Positions 11,500 through 25,900 of a stretch of DNA of 64,000 nt are shown here, one piece after another; positions within the stretch are counted from its first letter, which is position 1, and each line of letters starts with the position of its first letter. This DNA is from Lingula anatina. Lineage: Eukaryota; Animalia; Brachiopoda. The stretch is taken from assembly GCA_051362555.1 (NCBI GenBank), contig JBPQGU010000016.1:5084001-5148000 (forward strand), read 5' to 3'. A program made the position numbers and the translations under genes. Below the pieces are notes generated by a model. It was given only the letters and a program-made list of their open reading frames with translations, was not told the DNA's origin and ran no database searches.

Positions 11500-13520
11500 C
11501 CTCTCAGATTCTGTTCTCAGAGCTCATTTTTGGATCATCTTTAAAGCTAGAATTGGGGGCCTTGATGAAGTGACCCGGGCGCGTTTCCACATTTTTTATG
11601 AATGACAGGTATGGTAGATTGATTTTCGTCACTTTTTGGAAAAATCTGAGACGGGTCGATTTTTGGTGATTTTGAGTGATTTTGATCAGTGCCGGCACTG
11701 TAAGATTTCTTCAATTTTGGCCAGGTAGGGATGAAAAATTTTTTTCTTCGTTATAGTGTCAGGTAGGTGTGTTCGGTCATTTGTAGTAAGAATAAAGTGC
11801 TGGAAGAGTGGTGGTGTCATCATTAAGGAAGAAATAGAGCAAAAACTGTGTCTCCCCCCCCCCCCCTCTCAGATTCTGTTTTCAGAGCTCATTTTTGGAT
11901 CATCTTTAAAGCTAGAATTGGGGGCCTTGATGAAGTGACCCGGGCGCGTTTCCACATTTTTTATGAATGACAGGTGTGGTAGATTGATTTTCGTCACTTT
12001 TTGGAAAAATCTGAGACGGGTTGATTTTTGGTGATTTTGAGTGATTTTGATCAGTGCCGGCACTGTGAGATTTCTTCAATTTTGGCCAGGTAGGGATGAA
12101 AAATTTTTTTCTTCGTTATAGTGTCAGGTAGGTGTGTTCGGTCATTTGTAGTAAGAATAAAGTGCTGGAAGAGTGGTGGTGTCATCATTAAGGAAGAAAT
12201 AGAGCAAAAACTGTGTCTCCCCCCCCCTCTCAGATTCTGTTCTCAGAGCTCATTTTTGGATCATCTTTAAAGCTAGAATTGGGCCTTGATGAAGTGACCC
12301 GGGCGCGTTTCCACATTTTTTATGAATGACAGGTGTGGTAGATTGATTTTCGTCACTTTTTGGAAAAATCTGAGACGGGTCGATTTTTGGTGATTTTGAG
12401 TGATTTTGATCAGTGTCGGCACTGTGAGATTTCTTCAATTTTGGCCAGGTAGGGATGAAAAATTTTTTTCTTCGTTATAGTGTCAGTTAGGTGTGTTCGG
12501 TCATTTGTAGTAAGAATAAAGTGCTGGAAGAGTGGTGGTGTCATCATTAAGGAAGAAAAAGAGCAAAAACTGTGTCTCCCCCCCCCTCTCAGATTCTGTT
12601 ATCAAAGCTCATTTTTGGATCATCTTTAAAGCTAGAATTGGGGGCCTTGATGAAGTGACCCGGGCGCGTTTCCACATTTTTTATGAATGACAGGTATGGT
12701 AGATTGATTTTCGTCACTTTTTGGAAAAATCTGAGACGGGTCGATTTTTGGTGATTTTGAGTGATTTTGATCAGTGCCGGCACTGTAAGATTTCTTCAAT
12801 TTTGGCCAGGTAGGGATGAAAAATTTTTTTCTTCGTTATAGTGTCAGGTAGGTGTGTTCGGTCATTTGTAGTAAGAATAAAGTGCTGGAAGAGTGGTGGT
12901 GTCATCATTAAGGAAGAAATAGAGCAAAAACTGTGTCTCCCCCCCCCCCCCCTCTCAGATTCTGTTTTCAGAGCTCATTTTTGGATCATCTTTAAAGCTA
13001 GAATTGGGGGCCTTGATGAAGTGACCCGGGCGCGTTTCCACATTTTTTATGAATGACAGGTGTGGTAGATTGATTTTCGTCACTTTTTGGAAAAATCTGA
13101 GACGGGTTGATTTTTGGTGATTTTGAGTGATTTTGATCAGTGCCGGCACTGTGAGATTTCTTCAATTTTGGCCAGGTAGGGATGAAAAATTTTTTTCTTC
13201 GTTATAGTGTCAGGTAGGTGTGTTCGGTCATTTGTAGTAAGAATAAAGTGCTGGAAGAGTGGTGGTGTCATCATTAAGGAAGAAATAGAGCAAAAACTGT
13301 GTCTCCCCCCCCTCTCAGATTCTGTTCTCAGAGCTCATTTTTGGATCATCTTTAAAGCTAGAATTGGGCCTTGATGAAGTGACCCGGGCGCGTTTCCACA
13401 TTTTTTATGAATGACAGGTGTGGTAGATTGATTTTCGTCACTTTTTGGAAAAATCTGAGACGGGTCGATTTTTGGTGATTTTGAGTGATTTTGATCAGTG
13501 CCGGCACTGTGAGATTTCTT
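11500..13520 (+). repeat. Second local 3-mer higher-order repeat (~1085 bp, x2)
   Basis: The monomer order aggtatgg/ctgtaag, then ctgttttc/gggttga, then aattgggcc (2-G deletion) recurs at 11504/12589, 11869/12955 and ~12280/13365. Confidence 0.8.
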
Positions 13521-16500
13521 CAATTTTGGCCAGGTAGGGATGAAAAATTTTTTTCTTCGTTATAGTGTCAGGTAGGTGTGTTCGGTCATTTGTAGTAAGA
13601 ATAAAGTGCTGGAAGAGTGGTGGTGTTATCATTAAGGAAGAAATAGAGCAAAAACTTTGTCTCCCCCCCCCCCTCTCAGATTCTGTTCTCAGAGCTCATT
13701 TTTGGATCATCTTTAAAGCTAGAATTGGGGGCCTTGATGAAGTGACCCGGGCGCGTTTCCACATTTTTTATGAATGACAGGTGTGGTAGATTGATTTTCG
13801 TCACTTTTTGGAAAAATCTGAGACGGGTCGATTTTTGGTGATTTTGAGTGATTTTGATCAGTGCCGGCACTGTGAGATTTCTTCAATTTTGGCCAGGTAG
13901 GGATGAAAAATTTTTTTCTTCGTTATAGTGTCAGGTAGGTGTGTTCGGTCATTTGTAGTAAGAATAAAGTGCTGGAAGAGTGGTGGTGTCATCATTAAGG
14001 AAGAAATAGAGCAAAAACTGTGTCTCCCCCCCCCCCCTCTCAGATTCTGTTCTCAGAGCTCATTTTTGGATCATCTTTAAAGCTAGAATTGGGGGCCTTG
14101 ATGAAGTGACCCGGGCGCGTTTCCACATTTTTTATGAATGACAGGTGTGGTAGATTGATTTTCGTGACTTTTTGGAAAAATCTGAGACGGGTCGATTTTT
14201 GGTGATTTTGAGTGATTTTGATCAGTGCCGGCACTGTGAGATTTCTTCAATTTTGGCCAGGTAGGGATGAAAAATTTTTTTCTTCGTTATAGTGTCAGGT
14301 AGGTGTGTTCGGTCATTTGTAGTAAGAATAAAGTGCTGGAAGAGTGGTGGTGTCATCATTAAGGAAGAAATAGAGCAAAAACTGTGTCTCCCCCCCCTCT
14401 CAGATTCTGTTCTCAGAGCTCATTTTTGGATCATCTTTAAAGCTAGAATTGGGGGCCTTGATGAAGTGACCCGGGCGCGTTTCCACATTTTTTATGAATG
14501 ACAGGTATGGTAGATTGATTTTCGTCACTTTTTGGAAAAATCTGAGACGGGTCGATTTTTGGTGATTTTGAGTGATTTTGATCAGTGCCGGCACTGTAAG
14601 ATTTCTTCAATTTTGGCCAGGTAGGGATGAAAAATTTTTTTCTTCGTTATAGTGTCAGGTAGGTGTGTTCGGTCATTTGTAGTAAGAATAAAGTGCTGGA
14701 AGAGTGGTGGTGTCATCATTAAGGAAGAAATAGAGCAAAAACTGTGTCTCCCCCCCCCTCTCAGATTCTGTTCTCAGAGCTCATTTTTGGATCATCTTTA
14801 AAGCTAGAATTGGGCCTTGATGAAGTGACCCGGGCGCGTTTCCACATTTTTTATGAATGACAGGTGTGGTAGATTGATTTTCGTCACTTTTTGGAAAAAT
14901 CTGAGACGGGTCGATTTTTGGTGATTTTGAGTGATTTTGATCAGTGCCGGCACTGTAAGATTTCTTCAATTTTGGCCAGGTAGGGATGAAAAATTTTTTC
15001 TTCGTTATAGTGTCAGGTAGGTGTGTTCGGTCATTTGTAGTAAGAATAAAGTGCTGGAAGAGTGGTGGTGTCATCATTAAGGAAGAAATAGAGCAAAAAC
15101 TGTGTCTCCCCCCCCCCTCTCAGATTCTGTTCTCAGAGCTCATTTTTGGATCATCTTTAAAGCTAGAATTGGGGGCCTAGATGAAGTGACCCGGGCGCGT
15201 TTCCACATTTTTTATGAATGAAAGGTGTGGTAGATTGATTTTCGTCACTTTTTGGAAAAATCTGAGACGGATCGATTTTTGGTGATTTTGAGTGATTTTG
15301 ATCAGTGCCGGCACTGTGAGATTTCTTCAATTTTGGCCAGGTAGGGATGAAAAATTTTTTTCTTAGTTATAGTGTCAGGTAGGTGTGTTCGGTCATTTGT
15401 AGTAAGAATAAAGTGCTGGAAGAGTGGTGGTGTCATCATTAAGGAAGAAATAGAGCAAAAACTGTGTCTCCCCCCCCCCCTCTCAGATTCTGTTCTCAGA
15501 GCTCATTTTTGGATCATCTTTAAAGCTAGAATTGGGGGCCTTGATGAAGTGACCCGGGCGCGTTTCCACATTTTTTATGAATGACAGGTGTGGTAGATTG
15601 ATTTTCGTCACTTTTTGGAAAATCTGAGACGGGTTGATTTTTGGTGATTTTTAATGATTTTGATCAGTGCCGGCACTGTGAGATTTCTTCAATTTTGGCC
15701 AGGTAGGGATGAAAAATTTTTTTCTTCGTTATAGTGTCAGGTAGGTGTGTTCGGTCATTTGTAGTAAGAATAAAGTGCTGGAAGAGTGGTGGTGTCATCA
15801 TTAAGGAAGAAATAGAGCAAAAACTGTGTCTCCCCCCCCCCTCTCAGATTCTGTTCTCAGAGCTCATTTTTGGATCATCTTTAAAGCTAGAATTGGGCCT
15901 TGATGAAGTGACCCGGGCGCGTTTCCACATTTTTTATGAATGACAGGTGTGGTAGATTGATTTTCGTCACTTTTTGGAAAAATCTGAGACGGGTCGATTT
16001 TTGGTGATTTTGAGTGATTTTGTTCAGTGCCGGCACTGTGAGATTTCTTCAATTTTGGCCAGGTAGGGATGAAAAATTTTTTTCTTCGTTATAGTGTCAG
16101 GTAGGTGTGTTCGGTCATTTGTAGTAAGAATAAAGTGCTGGAAGAGTGGTGGTGTCATCATTAAGGAAGAAATAGAGCAAAAACTGTGTCTCCCCCCCCC
16201 CCTCTCAGATTCTGTTCTCAGAGCTCATTTTTGGATCATCTTTAAAGCTAGAATTGGGGGCCTTGATGAAGTGACCCGGGCGCGTTTCCACATTTTTTAT
16301 GAATGACAGGTGTGGTAGATTGATTTTCGTGACTTTTTGGAAAAATCTGAGACGGGTCGATTTTTCGTGATTTTGAGTGATTTTGATCAGTGCCGGCACT
16401 GTGAGATTTCTTCAATTTTGGCCAGGTAGGGATGAAAAATTTTTTTCTTCGTTATAGTGTCAGGTAGGTGTGTTCGGTCATTTGTAGTAAGAATAAAGTG

Positions 16501-17469
16501 CTGGAAGAGTGGTGGTGTCATCATTAAGGAAGAAATAGAGCAAAAACTGTGTCTCCCCCCCCCCCTCTCAGATTCTGTTCTCAGAGCTCATTTTTGGATC
16601 ATCTTTAAAGCTAGAATTGGGGGCCTTGATGAAGTGACCCGGGCGCGTTTCCACATTTTTTATGAATGACAGGTGTGGTAGATTGATTTTCGTCACTTTT
16701 TGGAAAAATCTGAGACGGGTCGATTTTTGGTGATTTTGAGTGATTTTGATCAGTGCCGGCACTGTGAGATTTCTTCAATTTTGGCCAGGTAGGGATGAAA
16801 AATTTTTTTCTTCGTTATAGTGTCAGGTAGGTGTGTTCGGTCATTTGTAGTAAGAATAAAGTGCTGGAAGAGTGGTGGTGCTATCATTAAGGAAGAAATA
16901 GAGCAAAAACTGTGTCTCCCCCCCCCCTCTCAGATTCTGTTCTCAGAGCTCATTTTTGGATCATCTTTAAAGCTAGAATTGGGGACCTTGATGAAGTGAC
17001 CCGGGCGCGTTTCCACATTTTTTATGAATGACAGGTGTGGTAGATTGATTTTCGTCACTTTTTGGAAAAATCTGAGACGGGTCGATTTTTGGTGATTTTG
17101 AGTGATTTTGATCAGTGCCGGCACTGTGATATTTCTTCAATTTTGGCCAGGTAGGGATGAAAAATTTTTTTCTTCGTTATAGTGTCAGGTAGGTGTGTTC
17201 GGTCATTTGTAGTAAGAATAAAGTGCTGGAAGAGTGGTGGTGTCATCATTAAGGAAGAAATAGAGCAAAAACTGTGTCTCCCCCCCCCCTCTCAGATTCT
17301 GTTCTCAGAGCTCATTTTTGGATCATCTTTAAAGCTAGAATTGGGGGCCTTGATGAAGTGACCCGGGCGCGTTTCCACATTTTTTATGAATGACAGGTGT
17401 GGTAGATTGATTTTCGTCACTTTTTGGAAAAATCTGAGACGGGTCGATTTTTGGTGATTTTGAGTGATT

Positions 17470-20400
17470 TTGATCAGTGTCGGCACTGTGAGATTTCTTC
17501 AATTTTGGCCAGGTAGGGATGAAAAATTTTTTTCTTCGTTATAGTGTCAGGTAGGTGTGTTCGGTCATTTGTAGTAAGAATAAAGTGCTGGAAGAGTGGT
17601 GGTGTCATCATTAAGGAAGAAATAGAGCAAAAACTGTGTCTCCCCCCCCCCCCCCTCTCAGATTCTGTTCTCAGAGCTCATTTTTGGATCATCTTTAAAG
17701 CTAGAATTGGGGGCCTTTGATGAAGTGACCCGGGCGCGTTTCCACATTTTTTATGAATGACAGGTGTGGTAGATTGATTTTCGTCACTTTTTGAAAAAAT
17801 CTGAGACGGGTCGATTTTTGGTGATTTTGAGTGATTTTGATCAGTGCCGGCACTGTGAGATTTCTTCAATTTTGGCCAGGTAGGGATGAAAAATTTTTTT
17901 CTTCGTTATAGTGTCAGGTAGGTGTGTTCGGTCATTTGTAGTAAGAATAAAGTGCTGGAAGAGTGGTGGTGTCATCATTAAGGAAGAAATAGGGCAAAAA
18001 CTGTGTCTCCCCCCCCCCCCCTCTCAGATTCTGTTCTCAGAGCTCATTTTTGGATCATCTTTAAAGCTAGAATTGGGGGCCTAGATGAAGTGACCCGGGC
18101 GCGTTTCCACATTTTTTATGAATGAAAGGTGTGGTAGATTGATTTTCGTCACTTTTTGGAAAAATCTGAGACGGATCGATTTTTGGTGATTTTGAGTGAT
18201 TTTGATCAGTGCCGGCACTGTGAGATTTCTTCAATTTTGGCCAGGTAGGGATGAAAAATTTTTTTCTTAGTTATAGTGTCAGGTAGGTGTGTTCGGTCAT
18301 TTGTAGTAAGAATAAAGTGCTGGAAGAGTGGTGGTGTCATCATTAAGGAAGAAATAGAGCAAAAACTGTGTCTCCCCCCCCCCTCTCAGATTCTGTTCTC
18401 AGAGCTCATTTTTGGATCATCTTTAAAGCTAGAATTGGGGGCCTTGATGAAGTGACCCGGGCGCGTTTCCACATTTTTTATGAATGACAGGTGTGGTAGA
18501 TTGATTTTCGTCACTTTTTGGAAAAATCTGAGACGGGTTGATTTTTGGTGATTTTGAGTGATTTTGATCAGTGCCGGCACTGTGAGATTTCTTCAATTTT
18601 GGCCAGGTAGGGATGAAAAATTTTTTTCTTCGTTATAGTGTCAGGTAGGTGTGTTCGGTCATTTGTAGTAAGAATAAAGTGCTGGAAGAGTGGTGGTGTC
18701 ATCATTAAGGAAGAAATAGAGCAAAAACTGTGTCTCCCCCCCCCTCTCAGATTCTGTTCTCAGAGCTCATTTTTGGATCATCTTTAAAGCTAGAATTGGG
18801 GGCCTTGATGAAGTGACCCGGGCGCGTTTCCACATTTTTTATGAATGACAGGTGTGGTAGATTGATTTTCGTCACTTTTTGGAAAAATCTGAGACGGGTC
18901 GATTTTTCGTGATTTTGAGTGATTTTGATCAGTGCCGGCACTGTGAGATTTCTTCAATTTTGGCCAGGTAGGGATGAAAAATTTTTTCTTCGTTATAGTG
19001 TCAGGTAGGTGTGTTCGGTCATTTGTAGTAAGAATAAAGTGCTGGAAGAGTGGTGGTGTCATCATTAAGGAAGAAATAGAGCAAAAACTGTGTCTCCCCC
19101 CCCCCCCCTCTCAGATTCTGTTCTCAGAGCTCATTTTTGGATCATCTTTAAAGCTAGAATTGGGGGCCTAGATGAAGTGACCCGGGCGCGTTTCCACATT
19201 TTTTATGAATGAAAGGTGTGGTAGATTGATTTTCGTCACTTTTTGGAAAAATCTGAGACGGATCGATTTTTGGTGATTTTGAGTGATTTTGATCAGTGCC
19301 GGCACTGTGAGATTTCTTCAATTTTGGCCAGGTAGGGATGAAAAATTTTTTTCTTAGTTATAGTGTCAGGTAAGTGTGTTCGGTCATTTGTAGTAAGAAT
19401 AAAGTGCTGGAAGAGTGGTGGTGTCATCATTAAGGAAGAAATAGAGCAAAAACTGTGTCTCCCCCCCCCCCTCTCAGATTCTGTTCTCAGAGCTCATTTT
19501 TGGATCATCTTTAAAGCTAGAATTGGGGGCCTTGATGAAGTGACCCGGGCGCGTTTCCACATTTTTTATGAATGACAGGTGTGGTAGATTGATTTTCGTC
19601 ACTTTTTGGAAAATCTGAGACGGGTTGATTTTTGGTGATTTTTAATGATTTTGATCAGTGCCGGCACTGTGAGATTTCTTCAATTTTGGCCAGGTAGGGA
19701 TGAAAAATTTTTTCAAAACTGTGTCTCCCCCCCCCCTCTCAGATTCTGTTCTCAGAGCTCATTTTTGGATCATCTTTAAAGCTAGAATTGGGGACCTTGA
19801 TGAAGTGACCCGGGCGCGTTTCCACATTTTTTATGAATGACAGGTGTGGTAGATTGATTTTCGTCACTTTTTGGAAAAATCTGAGACGGGTCGATTTTTG
19901 GTGATTTTGAGTGATTTTGATCAGTGTCGGCACTGTGAGATTTCTTCAATTTTGGCCAGGTAGGGATGAAAAATTTTTTTCTTCGTTATAGTGTCAGGTA
20001 GGTGTGTTCGGTCATTTGTAGTAAGAATAAAGTGCTGGAAGAGTGGTGGTGTCATCATTAAGGAAGAAATAGAGCAAAAACTGTGTCTCCCCCCCCCCCC
20101 CTCTCAGATTCTGTTCTCAGAGCTCATTTTTGGATCATCTTTAAAGCTAGAATTGGGGGCCTTGATGAAGTGACCCGGGCGCGTTTCCACATTTTTTATG
20201 AATGACAGGTGTGGTAGATTGATTTTCGTCACTTTTTGGAAAAATCTGAGACGGGTCGATTTTTGGTGATTTTGAGTGATTTTGATCAGTGCCGGCACTG
20301 TGAGATTTCTTCAATTTTGGCCAGGTAGGGATGAAAAATTTTTTTCTTCGTTATAGTGTCAGGTAGGTGTGTTCGGTCATTTGTAGTAAGAATAAAGTGC

Positions 20401-22900
20401 TGGAAGAGTGGTGGTGTCATCATTAAGGAAGAAATAGGGCAAAAACTGTGTCTCCCCCCCCCCCCCTCTCAGATTCTGTTCTCAGAGCTCATTTTTGGAT
20501 CATCTTTAAAGCTAGAATTGGGGGCCTAGATGAAGTGACCCGGGCGCGTTTCCACATTTTTTATGAATGAAAGGTGTGGTAGATTGATTTTCGTCACTTT
20601 TTGGAAAAATCTGAGACGGATCGATTTTTGGTGATTTTGAGTGATTTTGATCAGTGCCGGCACTGTGAGATTTCTTCAATTTTGGCCAGGTAGGGATGAA
20701 AAATTTTTTTCTTAGTTATAGTGTCAGGTAGGTGTGTTCGGTCATTTGTAGTAAGAATAAAGTGCTGGAAGAGTGGTGGTGTCATCATTAAGGAAGAAAT
20801 AGAGCAAAAACTGTGTCTCCCCCCCCCCCTCTCAGATTCTGTTCTCAGAGCTCATTTTTGGATCATCTTTAAAGCTAGAATTGGGGGCCTTGATGAAGTG
20901 ACCCGGGCGCGTTTCCACATTTTTTATGAATGACAGGTGTGGTAGATTGATTTTCGTCACTTTTTGGAAAAATCTGAGACGGGTTGATTTTTGGTGATTT
21001 TGAGTGATTTTGATCAGTGCCGGCACTGTGAGATTTCTTCAATTTTGGCCAGGTAGGGATGAAAAATTTTTTTCTTCGTTATAGTGTCAGGTAGGTGTGT
21101 TCGGTCATTTGTAGTAAGAATAAAGTGCTGGAAGAGTGGTGGTGTCATCATTAAGGAAGAAATAGAGCAAAAACTGTGTCTCCCCCCCCCTCTCAGATTC
21201 TGTTCTCAGAGCTCATTTTTGGATCATCTTTAAAGCTAGAATTGGGGGCCTTGATGAAGTGACCCGGGCGCGTTTCCACATTTTTTATGAATGACAGGTG
21301 TGGTAGATTGATTTTCGTCACTTTTTGGAAAAATCTGAGACGGGTCGATTTTTCGTGATTTTGAGTGATTTTGATCAGTGCCGGCACTGTGAGATTTCTT
21401 CAATTTTGGCCAGGTAGGGATGAAAAATTTTTTCTTCGTTATAGTGTCAGGTAGGTGTGTTCGGTCATTTGTAGTAAGAATAAAGTGCTGGAAGAGTGGT
21501 GGTGTCATCATTAAGGAAGAAATAGAGCAAAAACTGTGTCTCCCCCCCCCCCCCCTCTCAGATTCTGTTCTCAGAGCTCATTTTTGGATCATCTTTAAAG
21601 CTAGAATTGGGGGCCTAGATGAAGTGACCCGGGCGCGTTTCCACATTTTTTATGAATGAAAGGTGTGGTAGATTGATTTTCGTCACTTTTTGGAAAAATC
21701 TGAGACGGATCGATTTTTGGTGATTTTGAGTGATTTTGATCAGTGCCGGCACTGTGAGATTTCTTCAATTTTGGCCAGGTAGGGATGAAAAATTTTTTTC
21801 TTAGTTATAGTGTCAGGTAAGTGTGTTCGGTCATTTGTAGTAAGAATAAAGTGCTGGAAGAGTGGTGGTGTCATCATTAAGGAAGAAATAGAGCAAAAAC
21901 TGTGTCTCCCCCCCCCCCTCTCAGATTCTGTTCTCAGAGCTCATTTTTGGATCATCTTTAAAGCTAGAATTGGGGGCCTTGATGAAGTGACCCGGGCGCG
22001 TTTCCACATTTTTTATGAATGACAGGTGTGGTAGATTGATTTTCGTCACTTTTTGGAAAATCTGAGACGGGTTGATTTTTGGTGATTTTTAATGATTTTG
22101 ATCAGTGCCGGCACTGTGAGATTTCTTCAATTTTGGCCAGGTAGGGATGAAAAATTTTTTCAAAACTGTGTCTCCCCCCCCCCCTCTCAGATTCTGTTCT
22201 CAGAGCTCATTTTTGGATCATCTTTAAAGCTAGAATTGGGGACCTTGATGAAGTGACCCGGGCGCGTTTCCACATTTTTTATGAATGACAGGTGTGGTAG
22301 ATTGATTTTCGTCACTTTTTGGAAAAATCTGAGACGGGTCGATTTTTGGTGATTTTGAGTGATTTTGATCAGTGTCGGCACTGTGAGATTTCTTCAATTT
22401 TGGCCAGGTAGGGATGAAAAATTTTTTTCTTCGTTATAGTGTCAGGTAGGTGTGTTCGGTCATTTGTAGTAAGAATAAAGTGCTGGAAGAGTGGTGGTGT
22501 CATCATTAAGGAAGAAATAGAGCAAAAACTGTGTCTCCCCCCCCCCCCTCTCAGATTCTGTTCTCAGAGCTCATTTTTGGATCATCTTTAAAGCTAGAAT
22601 TGGGGGCCTTGATGAAGTGACCCGGGCGCGTTTCCACATTTTTTATGAATGACAGGTGTGGTAGATTGATTTTCGTCACTTTTTGAAAAAATCTGAGACG
22701 GGTCGATTTTTGGTGATTTTGAGTGATTTTGATCAGTGCCGGCACTGTGAGATTTCTTCAATTTTGGCCAGGTAGGGATGAAAAATTTTTTTCTTCGTTA
22801 TAGTGTCAGGTAGGTGTGTTCGGTCATTTGTAGTAAGAATAAAGTGCTGGAAGAGTGGTGGTGTCATCATTAAGGAAGAAATAGGGCAAAAACTGTGTCT
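17470..22900 (+). repeat. 7-mer higher-order repeat (~2447 bp, ~2.2 copies) containing a 96-bp-deleted monomer
   Basis: atagggcaaaaa at ~17991/20437/22883, ttttcgtga at ~18905/21351, ggtaagtg at ~19371/21818, and the deletion junction ttttttcaaaactg at 19714/22161. Confidence 0.9.
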
Positions 22901-25900
22901 CCCCCCCCCCCCCTCTCAGATTCTGTTCTCAGAGCTCATTTTTGGATCATCTTTAAAGCTAGAATTGGGGGCCTTGATGAAGTGACCCGGGCGCGTTTCC
23001 ACATTTTTTATGAATGACAGGTGTGGTAGATTGATTTTCGTCACTTTTTGGAAAAATCTGAGACGGGTCGATTTTTGGTGATTTTGAGTGATTTTGATCA
23101 GTGCCGGCACTGTGAGATTTCTTCAATTTTGGCCAGGTAGGGATGAAAAATTTTTTTCTTCGTTATAGTGTCAGGTAGGTGTGTTCGGTCATTTGTAGTA
23201 AGAATAAAGTGCTGGAAGAGTGGTGGTGTCATCATTAAGGAAGAAATAGAGCAAAAACTGTGTCTCCCCCCCCCCCTCTCAGATTCTGTTCTCAGAGCTC
23301 ATTTTTGGATCATCTTTAAAGCTAGAATTGGGCCTTGATGAAGTGACCCGGGCGCGTTTCCACATTTTTTATGAATGACAGGTGTGGTAGATTGATTTTC
23401 GTCACTTTTTGGAAAAATCTGAGACGGGTCGATTTTTGGTGATTTTGAGTGATTTTGATCAGTGCCGGCACTGTGAGATTTCTTCAATTTTGGCCAGGTA
23501 GGGATGAAAAATTTTTTTCTTCGTTATAGTGTCAGGTAGGTGTGTTCGGTCATTTGTAGTAAGAATAAAGTGCTGGAAGAGTGGTGGTGTTATCATTAAG
23601 GAAGAAATAGAGCAAAAACTGTGTCTCACCCCCCCCCTCTCAGATTCTGTTCTCAGAGCTCATTTTTGGATCATCTTTAAAGCTAGAATTGGGGGCCTTG
23701 ATGAAGTGACCTGGGCGCGTTTCCACATTTTTTATGAATGACAGGTGTGGTAGATTGATTTTCGTCACTTTTTGGAAAAATCTGAGACGGGTCGATTTTT
23801 GGTGATTTTGAGTGATTTTGATCAGTGCCGGCACTGTGAGATTTCTTCAATTTTGGCCAGGTAGGGATGAAAAATTTTTTTCTTCGTTATAGTGTCAGGT
23901 AGGTGTGTTCGGTCATTTGTAGTAAGAATAAAGTGCTGGAAGAGTGGTGGTGTCATCATTAAGGAAGAAATAGAGCAAAAACTGTGTCTCCCCCCCCCCC
24001 TCTCAGATTCTGTTCTCAGAGCTCATTTTTGGATCATCTTTAAAGCTAGAATTGGGGGCCTTGATGAAGTGACCCGGGCGCGTTTCCACATTTTTTATGA
24101 ATGACAGGTGTGGTAGATTGATTTTCGTGACTTTTTGGAAAAATCTGAGACGGGTCGATTTTTGGTGATTTTGAGTGATTTTGATCAGTGCCGGCACTGT
24201 GAGATTTCTTCAATTTTGGCCAGGTAGGGATGAAAAATTTTTTTCTTCGTTATAGTGTCAGGTAGGTGTGTTCGGTCATTTGTAGTAAGAATAAAGTGCT
24301 GGAAGAGTGGTGGTGTCATCATTAAGGAAGAAATAGAGCAAAAACTGTGTCTCCCCCCCTCCCTCTCAGATTCTGTTCTCAGAGCTCATTTTTGGATCAT
24401 CTTTAAAGCTAGAATTGGGGGCCTTGATGAAGTGACCCGGGCGCGTTTCCACATTTTTTATGAATGACAGGTGTGGTAGATTGATTTTCGTCACTTTTTG
24501 GAAAAATCTGAGACGGGTCGATTTTTGGTGATTTTGAGTGATTTTGATCAGTGCCGGCACTGTGAGATTTCTTCAATTTTGGCCAGGTAGGGATGAAAAA
24601 TTTTTTTCTTCGTTATAGTGTCAGGTAGGTGTGTTCGGTCATTTGTAGTAAGAATAAAGTGCTGGAAGAGTGGTGGTGTCATCATTAAGGAAGAAATAGA
24701 GCAAAAACTGTGTCTCCCCCCCCCCCCCTCTCAGATTCTGTTCTCAGAGCTCATTTTTGGATCATCTTTAAAGCTAGAATTGGGGGCCTTGATGAAGTGA
24801 CCCGGGCGCGTTTCCACATTTTTTATGAATGACAGGTGTGGTAGATTGATTTTCGTCACTTTTTGGAAAAATCTGAGACGGGTCGATTTTTGGTGATTTT
24901 GAGTGATTTTGATCAGTGCCGGCACTGTGAGATTTCTTCAATTTTGGCCAGGTAGGGATGAAAAATTTTTTTCTTCGTTATAGTGTCAGGTAGGTGTGTT
25001 CGGTCATTTGTAGTAAAAATAAAGTGCTGGAAGAGTGGTGGTGTCATCATTAAGGAAGAAATAGAGCAAAAACTGTCTCTCCCCCCCCCTCTCAGATTCT
25101 GTTCTCAGAGCTCATTTTTGGATCATCTTTAAAGCTAGAATTGGGGGCCTTGATGAAGTGACCCGGGCGCGTTTCCACATTTTTTATGAATGACAGGTGT
25201 GGTAGATTGATTTTCATCACTTTTTGGAAAAATCTGAGACGGGTCGATTTTTGGTGATTTTGAGTGATTTTGATCAGTGTCGGCACTGTGAGATTTCTTC
25301 AATTTTGGCCAGGTAGGGATGAAAAATTTTTTTCTTCGTTATAGTGTCAGGTAGGTGTGTTCAGTCATTTGTAGTAAGAATAAAGTGCTGGAAGAGTGGT
25401 GGTGTCATCATTAAGGAAGAAATAGAGCAAAAACTGTGTCTCCCCCCCCCCTCTCAGATTCTGTTCTCAGAGCTCATTTTTGGATCATCTTTAAAGCTAG
25501 AATTGGGGGCCTTGATGAAGTGACCCGGGCGCGTTTCCACATTTTTTATGAATGACAGGTGTGGTAGATTGATTTTCGTCACTTTTTGGAAAAATCTGAG
25601 ACGGGTCGATTTTTGGTGATTTTGAGTGATTTTGATCAGTGCCAGCACTGTGAGATTTCTTCAATTTTGGCCAGGTAGGGATGAAAAATTTTTTTCTTCG
25701 TTATAGTGTCAGGTAGGTGTGTTCGGTCATTTGTAGTAAAAATAAAGTGCTGGAAGAGTGGTGGTGTCATCATTAAGGAAGAAATAGAGCAAAAACTGTG
25801 TCTCCCCCCCCCCCCTCTCAGATTCTGTTCTCAGAGCTCATTTTTGGATCATCTTTAAAGCTAGAATTGGGGGCCTTGATGAAGTGACCCGGGCGCGTTT

